NCBI RefSeq assembly: GCF_000150275.1
Contig: NW_002060958.1
Location: forward strand, 752,272 to 816,271
Length of the DNA: 64,000 nt
Direction of reading: 5' to 3'
Source: Trichoplax adhaerens
Lineage: Eukaryota > Animalia > Placozoa
Shown: positions 1 through 12,622 of the stretch, piece by piece
Position numbering within the stretch: the first letter of the stretch is position 1
How the letters are laid out: the number at the start of each line of letters is the position of its first letter
Position numbers and translations under genes: made by a program
Notes under the pieces: generated by a model
The model's database searches: none
What the model saw: the letters and a program-made list of their open reading frames with translations, nothing else
What the model was told of the DNA's origin: nothing

Positions 1-498
1 TTCAGTGTCTCTTAACTACCTCACAAGAATTTAGACGCCTTTGCTTCTACGTTAAAACAACTATAAAACTCTTCTTTTATTCAACTATCTGCCGAGCTTA
101 AATACCCTTCGGCAGCTATCATGTATGAGTCATAAAAGTTCACGAACTTTAGCTCATGTTGGATAGCTAAATTAATACAGACATTATTCATAATTCTGGA
201 CTTTTACTGAACGATCTAGATAATTAGACTACATGATGTCCATATACACAATTATTTATAGTATCACCTATAATTGAATATCTTCAGGATATTCATCACA
301 AGCGTTACAAGACGTAACACTATCATCAATTAATATTAGTTACCTTATGAGAACTCTTACTACAATACAGCATAATTTACTGTAACAAAATAATAACTAC
401 TGTAGTTCTTACTGTAAGTCATTATTAGTTATCTCCATATATAAATGTTAAACACTAAATCTAGTCATTTACTCTTCACGCTGGTTCGTACCATGAAA
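1..498 (-). mobile_element. Solo-LTR-like element, family A (long subtype), cut by the window start
   Basis: First ~120 bp similar to 30468-30590; 360-498 is the reverse complement of 63858-64000. Confidence 0.8.
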
Positions 499-1018
499 CG
501 AGCATATTAATTCTTTCTCAGTAAGGTTGAGAAATCAGTGCAAGTTTAAGTGTAATTTGAAAATCAGCAATGTGCACATATTCAATCATCCACTATCTTA
601 TACACTCACGTTTTTATTGTGTAGCAAAGGGGTATCTATCTCCAAATATTAGTCACTTTCACACAAGTATTAACGGAATAACTTGAGCTTAAATAAACCT
701 TTATTACGAATTCAGTTATAATAAAAAAGCTAGTCTTAGATGACAGGAGAGTACGAAAGAATCAAACGAGAGTTAAATCCTTTTGCTTATATAATATTCA
801 ACATCAATTGATCATAAAAATGATATAAACAAAATCTATGCTACATTACCCTAAGTCTTATCTATGAGATTAGTATAATAAATTCTTATAACTTATAGTA
901 GTCTTAGCTACCATTACAATACGATTCTTTCGACATAACAGTATGTTATTAAAATAACAAATCGATATTTACATAAGCATTCATAACACAATAGGTGAAT
1001 ATTGTAATTATAATGTTA

Positions 1019-1108
1019 CGGCCATTCTTAGGAATGGCAGTAATAACAACAATACCATATGACTACTGTACCAATCTTAACAATCACACACATCTTTAAA
1101 ATAAATCG
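1019..1108. mobile_element. Degenerate copy of the same MITE
   Basis: TA|CGGCCATTCTTAGGAATGG...ACCAATCTTAA matches 21859-21938. Confidence 0.55.
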
Positions 1109-1323
1109 ACCGGCATGAGCACTTTCAGTTGCATCATGTAAGTCCAGCGTTTACATCTATGTGAAAGCTACTTCACTACATATTGCAATATTGAGTGGCA
1201 ACGCGACGTAGAGCAACTTTTCATAGAAGCGTAATTTCGTTGTCTTAAGATAGCTTATGTAAGAATACACCAACACGGACTTCCAGATATCTCTAGAAGT
1301 CCATGGATATGAATTTGTCTATG

Positions 1324-1954
1324 TACTAGGGGATAGAAATAGCCCTAGCTTGCAACTAAGATTGAGAGTGTGTCTAATATGTAATACTGTGAATTAGAAT
1401 ATCAATAATTATAAGTTGATGTTATAATGCAGATATAATTAAGATTTAAAACAGTCGGGCCTCTAATTTATTTAGAAATCGCAATCTACTTTATTATCCG
1501 CGAGGCTGCAGTCTATATAGAATTTGATATCTAGAACCAGTTCAACTATAAGAGTCACCTCATCTTTCTGAAACTAACCAATTAATGCTCTAAAAAGTCT
1601 TCATTTGTATGAATTTAACACAGTGTAATCCCATTACATTTTTTTATCAGTATTACATTGATCAGTTCCTAATAGTAATCTAACAAAGATATGTTAGACT
1701 ATAATACTAAGATATTTCATTTAGACATAGAAACTGTACTTTCAACCTTAACGTCAGGCAATATAGTCTGATGTAAATAGTCTGTAATTACTATTTGAGT
1801 CCAGCTAATCCCAAATTAAGGATTACCCTACTTACACTTACACTGTGAAGCAGTAAAGTTAAATTTAAGGAAATCGCAAACATTACTGATAACAAGCATA
1901 TATCAAAAGTAACTTTGAAATAATGTACATGTCAAGAATGTTACTTTCATGGCA
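1324..1954 (-). mobile_element. Solo-LTR-like element, family D (diverged)
   Basis: Colinear with 29647-30269 (TAGCCYTAGCTTGCAAC, AAATTAAGGAT, ends); TSD CTATG/TTATG. Confidence 0.7.
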
Positions 1955-2740
1955 TTATGATCCCTGATTTCATACTTCTGAAATATTATCTAATTGCTAA
2001 TCATTTATGATCGATTTTGTGTTAATTCTACCTAAGCAGGCAGATTTTTTATCGAAAATGAGGGTTTATAATATAATTGGCGTAGAAGAGACGTATCGTT
2101 GCAACGGCCTCTCGACGAGGGAAGATGGTCAGTATTAAGAGTCATACTACAGGGAGCGTCTTAGGAACGGCAAGTCTCACAATAGACTAGTAGTGTATTT
2201 TCCTAAAAATAGTTTAATTTCCTTGTCATAGATTTCAGTTTGTAAGAAAAAGATTCAGATGAATAACAAACATTCTGATATAGAATAAATTAGGAAGAGC
2301 TCTATGGTGTATTAAATGACAAATATTTAATCACTCAAAGGACGTGAGCCTGTTTGATAGTAGGAAAAACAAATATCATTAGATTTTAAAAAGAAAATTT
2401 CGTACGATGAAGTTTATCCGGCATTACGTAATACCTATTTAGCGCATAAATTTTAACTACAATAAAATATATTCATATCTTTAATTGATTCATTTAAACT
2501 ATGCTGACTGATTTCTTACAGTGTCATATCAACTAAATCTAAAGCAGCAATGCTAAAATTAATATTTTTCGATAATTAAGCTCTTAATTTAGGCATAAAA
2601 GGGTAAAATACTTCAGATCAATTTAAGTTTTTATTTCACAATTGAAGAATATTAATGAAGAAGATACAAATAAAAGGGCAATAATATACAAAACGAAATG
2701 GACTCTAATTGATTAAATGAATATTATATGGTAAAATTAT

Positions 2741-2867
2741 TATTTAAGCCGTACGTCGTACGCAGTACAATGTTTTGAGAAATCATAACTAATTAAGCTT
2801 TCTACAGGTATGGCTTTATAATTGGTACGACCCATTTTCGTTTAGGCGGCTTCGCCTGCTATTCTAG
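2741..2867 (+). mobile_element. Candidate miniature Helentron/HINE-like element
   Basis: Subterminal IR AAGCCGTAC (2746) / GTATGGCTT (2808); 5' palindrome CGTACGTCGTACG; 3' GC hairpin AGGCG-GCTT-CGCCT followed by CTAG. Confidence 0.4.
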
Positions 2868-5800
2868 AATAATTGCGCATAATTACTACTAGGCAAAAGA
2901 AAATTTAATATTCGGATCTATAAAAGTCCTAACGTACGTGAAGAACAAGAAATAGAGCTTGTCAGAAATCAGCATACCCTAACATATTTTTCCACAGTGT
3001 ACACGATATTTTCTCATACGTATTTCGCTTATTCATTTTTGTAATTAATTTTTATCATCTGGCGATTTTTTTATTAATTGCACATCTGCAGCTATCAATT
3101 TATCTAAGTCACGCACTTCCCACGATAAGGTGAATACCTTAATATATCAGCTACAAACGTCATTATAATATCTTTTATGATCGAATATAATAAGCTTTAT
3201 CCAACAATTAATAGCAAATAATAAACAATTACATTAAAAATCATTAACAGAGTGACAGTATAAAAGTTAAAAAAATTTCAATTTTAACTTTTATATATCA
3301 TATTATATCCATAAAACAATACTGCGTCAATTAACTATTTCAAACAAGCGTGGGCCGGTAATCGATCAAAAATGCTACTTTTCTACAGATCTAATAATTG
3401 TTTTCTATTCTTGAATTCATTTGGATTTCCATACTAACTCTATATAAGTATTTATGAAGGTCTTTCAAGTATCATTACCAGCAAATGTCTAAGGCGTTAC
3501 CAAATGCGATCTCACTAATGAATTACAGAAGTTCGCACGAAAACATTGACTTTTATACCATTCATATTAGTCATGATTTTGGCTAGTAGCTGGCGATGGT
3601 TGGGCTTATATTTGCAACTTGATTCTTAAAGAACGATTCTATTGATATTCTTATTGATTGTAAAATGTAATCTTATACTAAGCGTAGAAATTGATTAGAG
3701 CTCAGTTTGTTAGAAAGCACCAGCGGCCGCTCCCACAGAGTATAAAAGGAGCGAGCTCATAACGACCAGTTGTTCCGAAATTCAGTAGTCATAAAGGCTC
3801 GTCGAACGAGATAATAAACTTTTTAACGGAATACTCTTCAAGTAATTGATTAACTATATGTACCCCGAGTACATTAGGATATTAGTTACTGGAGTGAACC
3901 GTTCACAAAGAAGAAAATTTATGACAGATATATAATAGATTTGATGGGTAAATTATAGGCAATTAATAGGCTAAGGGTCGCCATATCTTACGATTGCACT
4001 AAAGGTATAAATATATACGTGCTTTATTCATTCGTAAGATGTGCTAAATAAGTATTTATTAATCCTTTATCACCACTTATGCAGTATTCTAGGTTACTGC
4101 ACAGTGGCTGAGTTATCAGCAGGACATATTAATTCTACAATTAATAGTAAATGTAATAACTAATATCCTAACTTAAGTGAAACTCATTAAATTATGACGA
4201 ATTGCAAAAATAAACTTCGATGTAGACAGTAGAAGAGCAATGATATCAAACAGTTAGTCTAGTGACGCAATCACGACAGACTTATATGAAGACTTTTCGA
4301 AAGTCAATAATTTATAAACTATTTCACAATTCGGTAGTTATGATTTTATCCTTCAATCTATTCTTATCTGAAACTGGTACAAATTTTATTGTTATTTCTG
4401 ATCATATCGCTTGCAGTAGGTTATGCAATTTGGAAGTAAAAGCTTATATCTACAGACTACGTTTGTTTGCTTTAGATAGTAACGGTGAGTCGTTATTACG
4501 TACTCACTATAAAATCCCGTCATATAACGAATTAAATTAATCCAAAATTGTCATATAAAATGGTAAAATTAAAAATGAATTACTATTTAAGTCAGCTAAA
4601 GTCATGAATAGATCACAAAGTATTATACAAATTACAATTCGGAATACTTCATACGTAATTAACCTTTCAAGCAGCACTGGGATATATTATTCGAAGGAAA
4701 AAACGATTTTCCACGAAATTTTAATTAGAATATTACCAATTGGACGTGTAGACATTTGTCTATAATGCTATTATCATCGACAATATCAAAGATATTAGAG
4801 TATTCGATTATTGTAATTAATAACAACAATATTCCTAGAACAAGTATGCAAATCGTTCAAAACGAAAGCATCAAGACTTTCAGTACGTGCGGCAATGTAG
4901 TAAAATATAAGATCTATACTAATATACGACGATCACCATGGTGTCTTTAATTAATGGACACTGCACTGAAAGGATCTCAAATCAGTTAAACAATTCTTCA
5001 CAAGAAAAAGTGAAATAATTGCAAATTCTTCTGTAATTTGACTATAAAATTTTATTTTTATCATTGTTATTATCAAAACAAATTTCATCAGTTCTTTTTA
5101 TTTCACTTTTTATAATTTATTTGTCAAACTTCTATTATTATTTATGAATATACCTATAAGCTAAAATTAAACATTTAAACCTATTAATTAGCATTTGGAA
5201 GGTTAGAAAAGTATATTCTTTATTGTGCCAACAGTTGAAGTTCTGATGCTTTCCTTTTTTCTCATGCTTTTTTCATATCTGAATGATGAAGTAAGATATT
5301 AAATAAACCTTTCCTGTATCTCCAAATAATATTTTTAAATTGTCCAAAACCAAAAATTTATTTTATTAAATGAGAACCCCAGACTTCGAACTTTTGATGG
5401 AAGTATCCAGGTAAAGGCGGAAGAGTACTCTGATTAGGCCGGTCTATAGAAATCGATGTAAGTACAACGAACTATTTATTCTTAAATAGTTATCAACACC
5501 TAATACTTAAATAAAATTTTATGAACGCAAGAAATTTGATTTGATGATTGTGAATTGAGGAAAACTAGATAATTTAAAGCTATATAAATATAATTTTTCA
5601 TAGCAATTTAAGTCTGATTTGTAATTATACCAACATAAAATCGATAATCCTAACTACCTGATTTAAGTTCAACACTGAAACTATAAATTTCTTCAAATAT
5701 ATATATTTAAATAATTACAGATTCAACTTAAATTTCAAAAGTAACCGACAGATTTGTTTTCATTTTTCTTTTTTATTATTATGTTAGAAACTTGCTATAG

Positions 5801-7515
5801 TCCCTATGACTAACTTTTTATGTTTAAATAACATTCATAATTATTCAGCAATTTTAATCACCAAATAATTTATGAAACTGATATATCTTCTTATTGTCTT
5901 CTTTGACTCTCTCTATGAGCAAGTAATCGGAAATTATGTATAAATGTGAAATAGAATTTGATAGTATACCAATAAGTAAGATTATTATCTACTTATTTTC
6001 AGTATTTCTTTATCTTATTAAATTCACTATTCCGATTAAATTTTAACTATGGAATCTATTGAGGAATTACATCAGTCAAGGCACAAATACTAAATAAAAT
6101 TGACTTTCACTATTTTAGTTTAAAATTAAAGATAAGCTAGATTATTTTAACGATATTACGATAACTTTACTGTTTCGTTAATATCGTTTAATTTCTTGTA
6201 TCGTGATCAATCAAATGCTCTTGCAGTATATTATGAAGAATTAATATTTCTGAGAAATTTTACACTGCAAGAATCTGTTCATATAATAAGCATTCTCATG
6301 CAATCTTAACAATTTAATCTTAAGCTTTTTAAAAGCTGCATCACAAATCGTAAAAAAATTACATCGAATAACCTTGAGATAACTTACAATAAATTTTTAA
6401 CGATAAAGTAAAGTTTAAGCTAAGAATCTCAAAATTACTTAAAATTTAATTATTTCGCATGTTTATCGATATACTTAACTGGCAATGTCCATTCACATTT
6501 TTCTATCTGATCAATGAAGAACTGCATAAAATGGAACATTAAACTTTGCTCTTAATTAAAAAATTAAAACTCCTAGCAATAACTGCTAGATATGCGTAAA
6601 GAATTGCTAATTATAAAAATAAAATTAAAAGAATTTCGTATCTACCATCAACCTCGATTTTTAATCCAGGGAGATAGTCATGACTAATATCAAATTCACA
6701 ACTTTTCTATAATCTAGGTTAGTAGCAAATTTGCTCACTCTACATTATTGTTATGTATTCGAGAGATATCCCTACCCTTAAAGTATTTCGAATAAATTTT
6801 ATTAAATACTCTTAATAAAGCTAAAGCAGTGAAGCAAATCTTCACTCTTTCAAATTGTAAAATAAAATGGCCGCACTAACACTACTAATAATGTACATAG
6901 CTATTTACTATAATAATTAAAAAGAAAAATAATTTAAATTTCTGTACTTCATTTGCAGCTCGAAAAAATTTGTGTCTTCTGCAATAAATGCAAATTTTAG
7001 GTAATTTCAATTGTGATAAATACTTCTCATTGGAGTACGTTACGCTAGCCGCAGTAAGTGGCATCCAACCTTATATAGCAGCAATGCAGCATTTGAACTC
7101 AACGAGTTTCGTAACACTCATTGTCTACTTCAAAAATAATTAAGCTATTTTTAGCTACTTAAGAAAATACAGTAATAAAAGCTATAAAAGCGAGCTTAAA
7201 CATTTAGTAGGAATTAAACCATAGCTTTTCAGTTGGTAATTCAAGGAAACAAAATATATCATAAATTTTTCCTAGCATTTACCCGTGAGGTATCAAAAGA
7301 ATTTAAAAATAGTGAATGGGCTACATTTAGTACGATAATACTTATATCAGATCTTAAACAATTTACATTTAATTGATTTCTAACATAAGAATAAGGAAAT
7401 ATAAATCACCCATGAGTTCCAATTGATCAATAAATTCAATAATCATGCACACTAGTAAACTATAGAAAAAGGATTCCTAAAATTATATATTAAAATGTAT
7501 TATTTAATGACATCA

Positions 7516-8022
7516 TATCACAAACCAGCTTTGAGACAAGGTTCACGTAAAATTAAATCTCTAAATTTCTAAAGCTTTCAGGATTCAGTATACCGTAACT
7601 ACTCACAAGGACATAGACACCCGTACTTCTACGTTAGAATATTAGAGAACTGATTTTATTCGTTGAGCTGCCGAGCTTAAACACTTTTCAGCCGTGGCTA
7701 ACATTGATGAACCGTCTTACAACAATATTTATCGAAATGAACATTTACTGACGATTTTACGTAATCGAACTACAGTATGTCCATTTACAGAGTCTTTCTA
7801 AAACACCTACTATGTACCATTAGCTAGAATCTCAATTACAAGAATTTTTGCAGTATTCAATTACTATATAAGAATTGTATTAGTACAGCATATAATAATT
7901 TACTGAAATATTTTATAACTTCAGTGATTCCTAATGTAAGCAATTGATCATAATCATCACGTATAAATGTTAATTCGCTAAATTTACTCCTTTAATTCTT
8001 CACGGTAGTTCGTACCGTGACA
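7516..8022 (-). mobile_element. Solo-LTR-like element, family A (older subtype)
   Basis: TATCAC(=TGTCAC)AAACCAGCT...GTACCGTGACA; perfect TSD CATCA. Confidence 0.88.
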
Positions 8023-8311
8023 CATCAAAATATATGTTCAATTTCAAGCGACTGCTATCATCCTTCTCCATAACAGTAATTTAATCGTAATTATTTGCAC
8101 GCACTCCTGTACTTTTTACTGATATGATTCTTTAGTCACTTACTCTAAATACAGTGACTAATCCAAAATTGTCAGTTTACTATCTGTCCTATCACGGAAC
8201 ATTTCTACGATAACCTACAATGTACCACAGGTAAATTATAATCGCAGTGATTTGAATTATAAGAAGATTATTCTCGATTCCCCAATTAAATTACTAATTT
8301 CAGTAGGCTAT

Positions 8312-8753
8312 TGTCACGGTACGAACAAACGTGAAGAAATAGCCATCTAAATTTGGTTAATATAATATAGTGATATTATATTACAACTAGTTACTTACAA
8401 TAGGAATTACTCTAGTTATAAATGTGTTACAGTAAATTTAATGCTGTGCTGTAATGTGCACTGAAATGATTCTGTGAATGGACATATTGTAGTCCGACTG
8501 TGAAAAACTAGTTAGTAGATGTTCTCACCTAAGTATTTTTATAAGATGACTTGTGAATGTTAGCTGCTGTAGAAGGGTATACAAGCCCGTCAGATAGTTG
8601 AATAAAGCAGTTCTAAATTGTCTAGTTGAGTTTAACGTAGAATCAAAGGCGTCTAAATTCTTGTGAGATAGCTAAGGGATACTGAATCCCGGAGACTATA
8701 GTAATTTAGAGATTTGTTTTACATTATCCTTGTCACGAAGCTGGTTTGTGACA
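8312..8753 (+). mobile_element. Solo-LTR-like element, family A (young, 442 bp)
   Basis: TGTCAC...GTGACA; TSD GCTAT; TATA-like box followed by AATAAA; near-identical to 38749-39190 and to the reverse complement of 30403-30843. Confidence 0.92.
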
Positions 8754-9296
8754 GCTATGCATTCACCATAAAAGCTAGCGCTATATTTAAATATCGCATA
8801 TCTGAATTAGAAACTCTTTATATAAGGGTAAATCAACAAAATTATCCTAAGGTTGACGTTTCTACTATAATTTCGATATTACAGTGTATAATACTGTAAC
8901 AATATAACATAAACGATACTACCAATTCTAGTACTTTCCTAAATTCTAATTAGGTATTTACTTGTAAACCTAATAAGATTGAAAGAAAATATTTTATTAC
9001 TGATAATTATAATCTGAATATGTTATCAAACAAATTGAATGTATTTTTATTACTTTGAAACAGCTGTATACAATTGATAAATAAAATAATTCGTATTAAA
9101 ATTTGCGGCTAAAACTTTCAATGCAATCAAAAGTGTTCGTATCTGTAATTAATGATAGCCTATTGCAACTTTATTCCGTAATCCTTTAACCATGAGATCA
9201 TATTTTATAATTACTGTAGGCCATCCTTTTCAAGAAACCTAACATTGACATTCATGGTTACATTTACTGAGCAAGATTGTACGAATCTAAATAAAC

Positions 9297-10364
9297 ATGC
9301 ATTTCTACCATAATTCCACCATTGAACCATCATATTTAGATGAAGATGACAAAAACTTATCATTTACTGTATACAAATATGGAGCCTGCATCTCATCTCT
9401 TACTCTGGTTACCAACACAATAGTAATTACCGTAATTCTCAGTAAACCCAACCTGAGGATAATCTCCAATGCCATCCTTTTAAGTAGCTGCTTGGCCGCA
9501 TTATTATATGGCCTAATAATTATTGGCACTGCTCTAGTCTCAACATACGCTGTTAACCCTTTCAAAGACATAATATTGTATTGTGTTCTGGGCAAGACAT
9601 CAGAATTGACTGCACTCAGCATCTTTAATTTACATTTAACATCATTAAGCTTGGAAAGATTTTTTTCTAGTATCTATCCATTCAGATATCGGCGTTTAAT
9701 GTCCATAAGAAATTCATTTGCATATATACTTATAATTTGGCTTATTCCATCGTGCATCATATTTTTATTGGCTTTGATCGCCAGTTTTGCGAATGGTGGT
9801 GATTGCACAGCTTGGATGGATATTATCGCTATTGATATCTTTTTTAGTTATATCGTTTTGCCAATAATATTTTTAACCCCACCATTCATAATGTTTATAT
9901 CTTATGCTATCATCGTATGGAAAATATTTTCCATGCAACGCAAAATTTCAGCAGTGTCAATACTTATTGATTCAACACCTCTATCAAGATCTAAATTAAT
10001 GCAAAATTGGAAGGCTATATTACAAATGTTTATTGTTTTAGGATTTTATATATCGGCATTTTATCCTTTCGTTATTTGCTATATCATATTAATTGCCGCA
10101 CCAAATATCGACGTATCAGATGCAACTACAATATCATACTTACTAATTATCTCTTATATTGCAATTCATCCAATTATTTCGGTTCAATTTACGGCTCCTG
10201 TTAAGGACGAAATAAGAAAACCGTTAAGAAGAATTTATGAACTATTTCAATCATGGCTTAGCAATTCCGCATTATTTCGATGTTGCAATGAGAAAACTGA
10301 TGACAACAGTTCTCGTCAACTCCATGTGCAAACATTAGATTCCAGAATAATCAGTTTATTTTAA
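9297..10364 (+). CDS. Intronless rhodopsin-like (class A) 7TM GPCR, cluster member 1 (355 aa, E3.32 subtype)
   Basis: 7 hydrophobic helices; N1.50 (LVTNT), C3.25, SLERFFSSIYPFRY, W4.50, ECL2 DCTAW, TM6 FYPF, TM7 IHP, helix 8 APVKDEI. Confidence 0.93.
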   Translation: MHFYHNSTIEPSYLDEDDKNLSFTVYKYGACISSLTLVTNTIVITVILSKPNLRIISNAILLSSCLAALLYGLIIIGTALVSTYAVNPFKDIILYCVLGKTSELTALSIFNLHLTSLSLERFFSSIYPFRYRRLMSIRNSFAYILIIWLIPSCIIFLLALIASFANGGDCTAWMDIIAIDIFFSYIVLPIIFLTPPFIMFISYAIIVWKIFSMQRKISAVSILIDSTPLSRSKLMQNWKAILQMFIVLGFYISAFYPFVICYIILIAAPNIDVSDATTISYLLIISYIAIHPIISVQFTAPVKDEIRKPLRRIYELFQSWLSNSALFRCCNEKTDDNSSRQLHVQTLDSRIISLF

Positions 10365-10439
10365 ATCAAAAACATGCCTTACTTAAATATCAGTCAATCT
10401 TTAATATCTAACTATTGCTCTCACTATTCGATTCCCATA

Positions 10440-10890
10440 CGATAGATAGTTTACCCTCAGCTCCACTCTAGCCGAATACGACTACTAGAAAATCTTCTAG
10501 AAAGAACTACTGAATAAGCTACAGTTTCCTGTTTAAATACTCTTCATAGCATTTGCAGCTATAGTCTTCATAGCAATACACTACCTTATTTCACTTTTAG
10601 GTTATTAGTAATAAAAGTTTTTTACTGCAAACTATCTGTAGTCTAATATGTTAACTGCTATAGTATTTACTCTAAGTAAAGATTACGAGTCGTATTCCAA
10701 TGTATGATGAATCAACCATATCCTATTATATGAATTACAAGCCTATTTATACCTTTACCACCAATAGAGACTCAATACCCTACTGTACATAGTCATCTGC
10801 ATTCTAGCGTAGAATATTCAACTATGGTCTATGACTGCATCTTACTAAATATGACTAATAGCCTACAATCCAATACTAACTTACATTATA
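10440..10890 (-). mobile_element. Solo-LTR-like element, family E (partial)
   Basis: CTAGCCGAATAC, GCATTTGCAGCT and GTCATCTG blocks shared with 58678-59227. Confidence 0.75.
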
Positions 10891-11729
10891 CAACGGCATC
10901 ATTTAGGGCTTAATTTTAATGACAGGAAATGCTTTCTAAATCATGTATTATAATCTAAGTCTTTTGGTAAAATAAGTTCTAGTAATATGTAACATTCAAT
11001 AAACCATATAATGACTTAACATGCTTTTCTTATTCTTACAGCAATAAATCTGTACAAAATGTGCAAGAATTGAGCATTTATATAACTTGTAAGCTGATTC
11101 TGATTGAGTGTGATTACATTTAATGATAAATTTGTTTACATAAATTACTTTCTCGTCAAATTAAAATACATATCAAGCTATTAAAATCCGGCGCAGTAAT
11201 CTTTGCTTTCTTTGCTTATAAATTTCTATCATGTATATGAAAATGAATACCGGTATAGCACTGCGTTCGAGTAATTACAAACCTTTACCAAGGTTGAACA
11301 TTTAGACGCAGGCTCATCTGGAAAACTCCTTTATTTATTTGCCTGTCAGTTTCCTATTGCCGGCTAAGCGATTACAACATATATATAGCAGCAGTAAAGA
11401 CCGATACAATTAATATAAATTTGGCCGTTTCTTAACTCGCACGACATTTCTCTTTGAACCTCTGGCTAAAGCATTTCAGTAGTGATGCTGTCATTTTTAT
11501 TTATCCTTTGAGTTTACTTCTCTTGTATAATTGCTACAATGTTCTGCAAGCAACATGTAACCGTCTTGTAAAAGAAGGATAATAACAGCATAAAAAGCTA
11601 TTGCGGTCTAAACGGTATTAATCGTAAGTTAATTAAACTAATGCTGCTTCAGTGTACTATAAATAATACATTTTCAAAACGTTCTATTTTAATTTGAACG
11701 ACTAAATTGATCCATAACGATGCCTTCGT

Positions 11730-12260
11730 CACGTACTGTTAACCTAGCGATTTTATCATAGATAATAACATTAATAGCCGAATCCAACCATTTAATTCCG
11801 ATAAAGATCTAATAGAAAGAAAGGTTTTTCCTTGCTAGAACTTGAAACTATACAAATAGAGAAATTTGTTCATAATTCATTGTACCAGGAGAGAATAAAT
11901 AGCAGAAATCACACCCTACATCTTTTAATGGCGATAATTTACTGGAAATATTCGAAAGCATACGCCCGAGCCCAACGAATTCGAACAAAACTATGAAAAA
12001 GAAACGATAACTGCTAGAAACCAAATTCACATAAATCCACATAACATAAGCGAGATCGATCATATCAGCATGTGTACGATCGAAAGACATTTATATATCG
12101 TGCCATACCAATTGCATTCATATTACATAGCTCTCATCAAACAATACCATAAACTGTTGGCAAGGTGATTAATTAAAGATTCTTAGGAATAATTACAGGA
12201 AGACCATAATAAAATGTAACAATCCAATAATATTCATATAAATGAGAATAAGTTGATAAC
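11730..12260 (-). pseudogene. Fossil canonical class A GPCR remnant
   Basis: In order on the minus strand: ELCNMN, MSFDRTHA, AYVMWIY, KM*GVISAIY, WLDSAINVIIY (11758-11790); many deletions. Confidence 0.6.
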
Positions 12261-12622
12261 AGTTTAAAGTCAAAATGCATGACGTTCAAGTACACATTAT
12301 AATTATTGTTATAAGTTCTTTTGTTATTAATAATTCGATAGAAGAGCTATTTATAATTGGAACTGATGATTAAAAATACCAAAACCATACCTTAAATGTT
12401 TGTATTGATCTTATTATTCTTACCAGAAATTTTAACGAATTTGGATTAATTGCTGTAAAATAGATTGAGTAACTTAAAAGTCGTTCCTTGGTAAAGCTAA
12501 TACTCCACTGCAGTACCACATATATGCTGTGCTTTAATAAATAGGCGCATATTACGAGTATCTAGGGTAGAGTAACTACTCTGTTCCAATTTACACTTGA
12601 GATATTCAACCATCCTAAGGCA

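Noticed and set aside
4262-4950. Weaker fossil-GPCR candidates (also ~6900-7250 minus with WMPL, ~16960-17407 minus with GRYL/CMNP, ~52900-53450 plus with GIICK/LNS)
   Set aside because: Only two or three short motifs each; cannot be separated from chance without a profile search
9305-9622. Antisense or alternate-frame ORFs over the GPCRs (also 10007-10204, 12667-12876, 25742-25945, 57046-57231)
   Set aside because: Shadow ORFs of the real coding frame; no recognisable motifs
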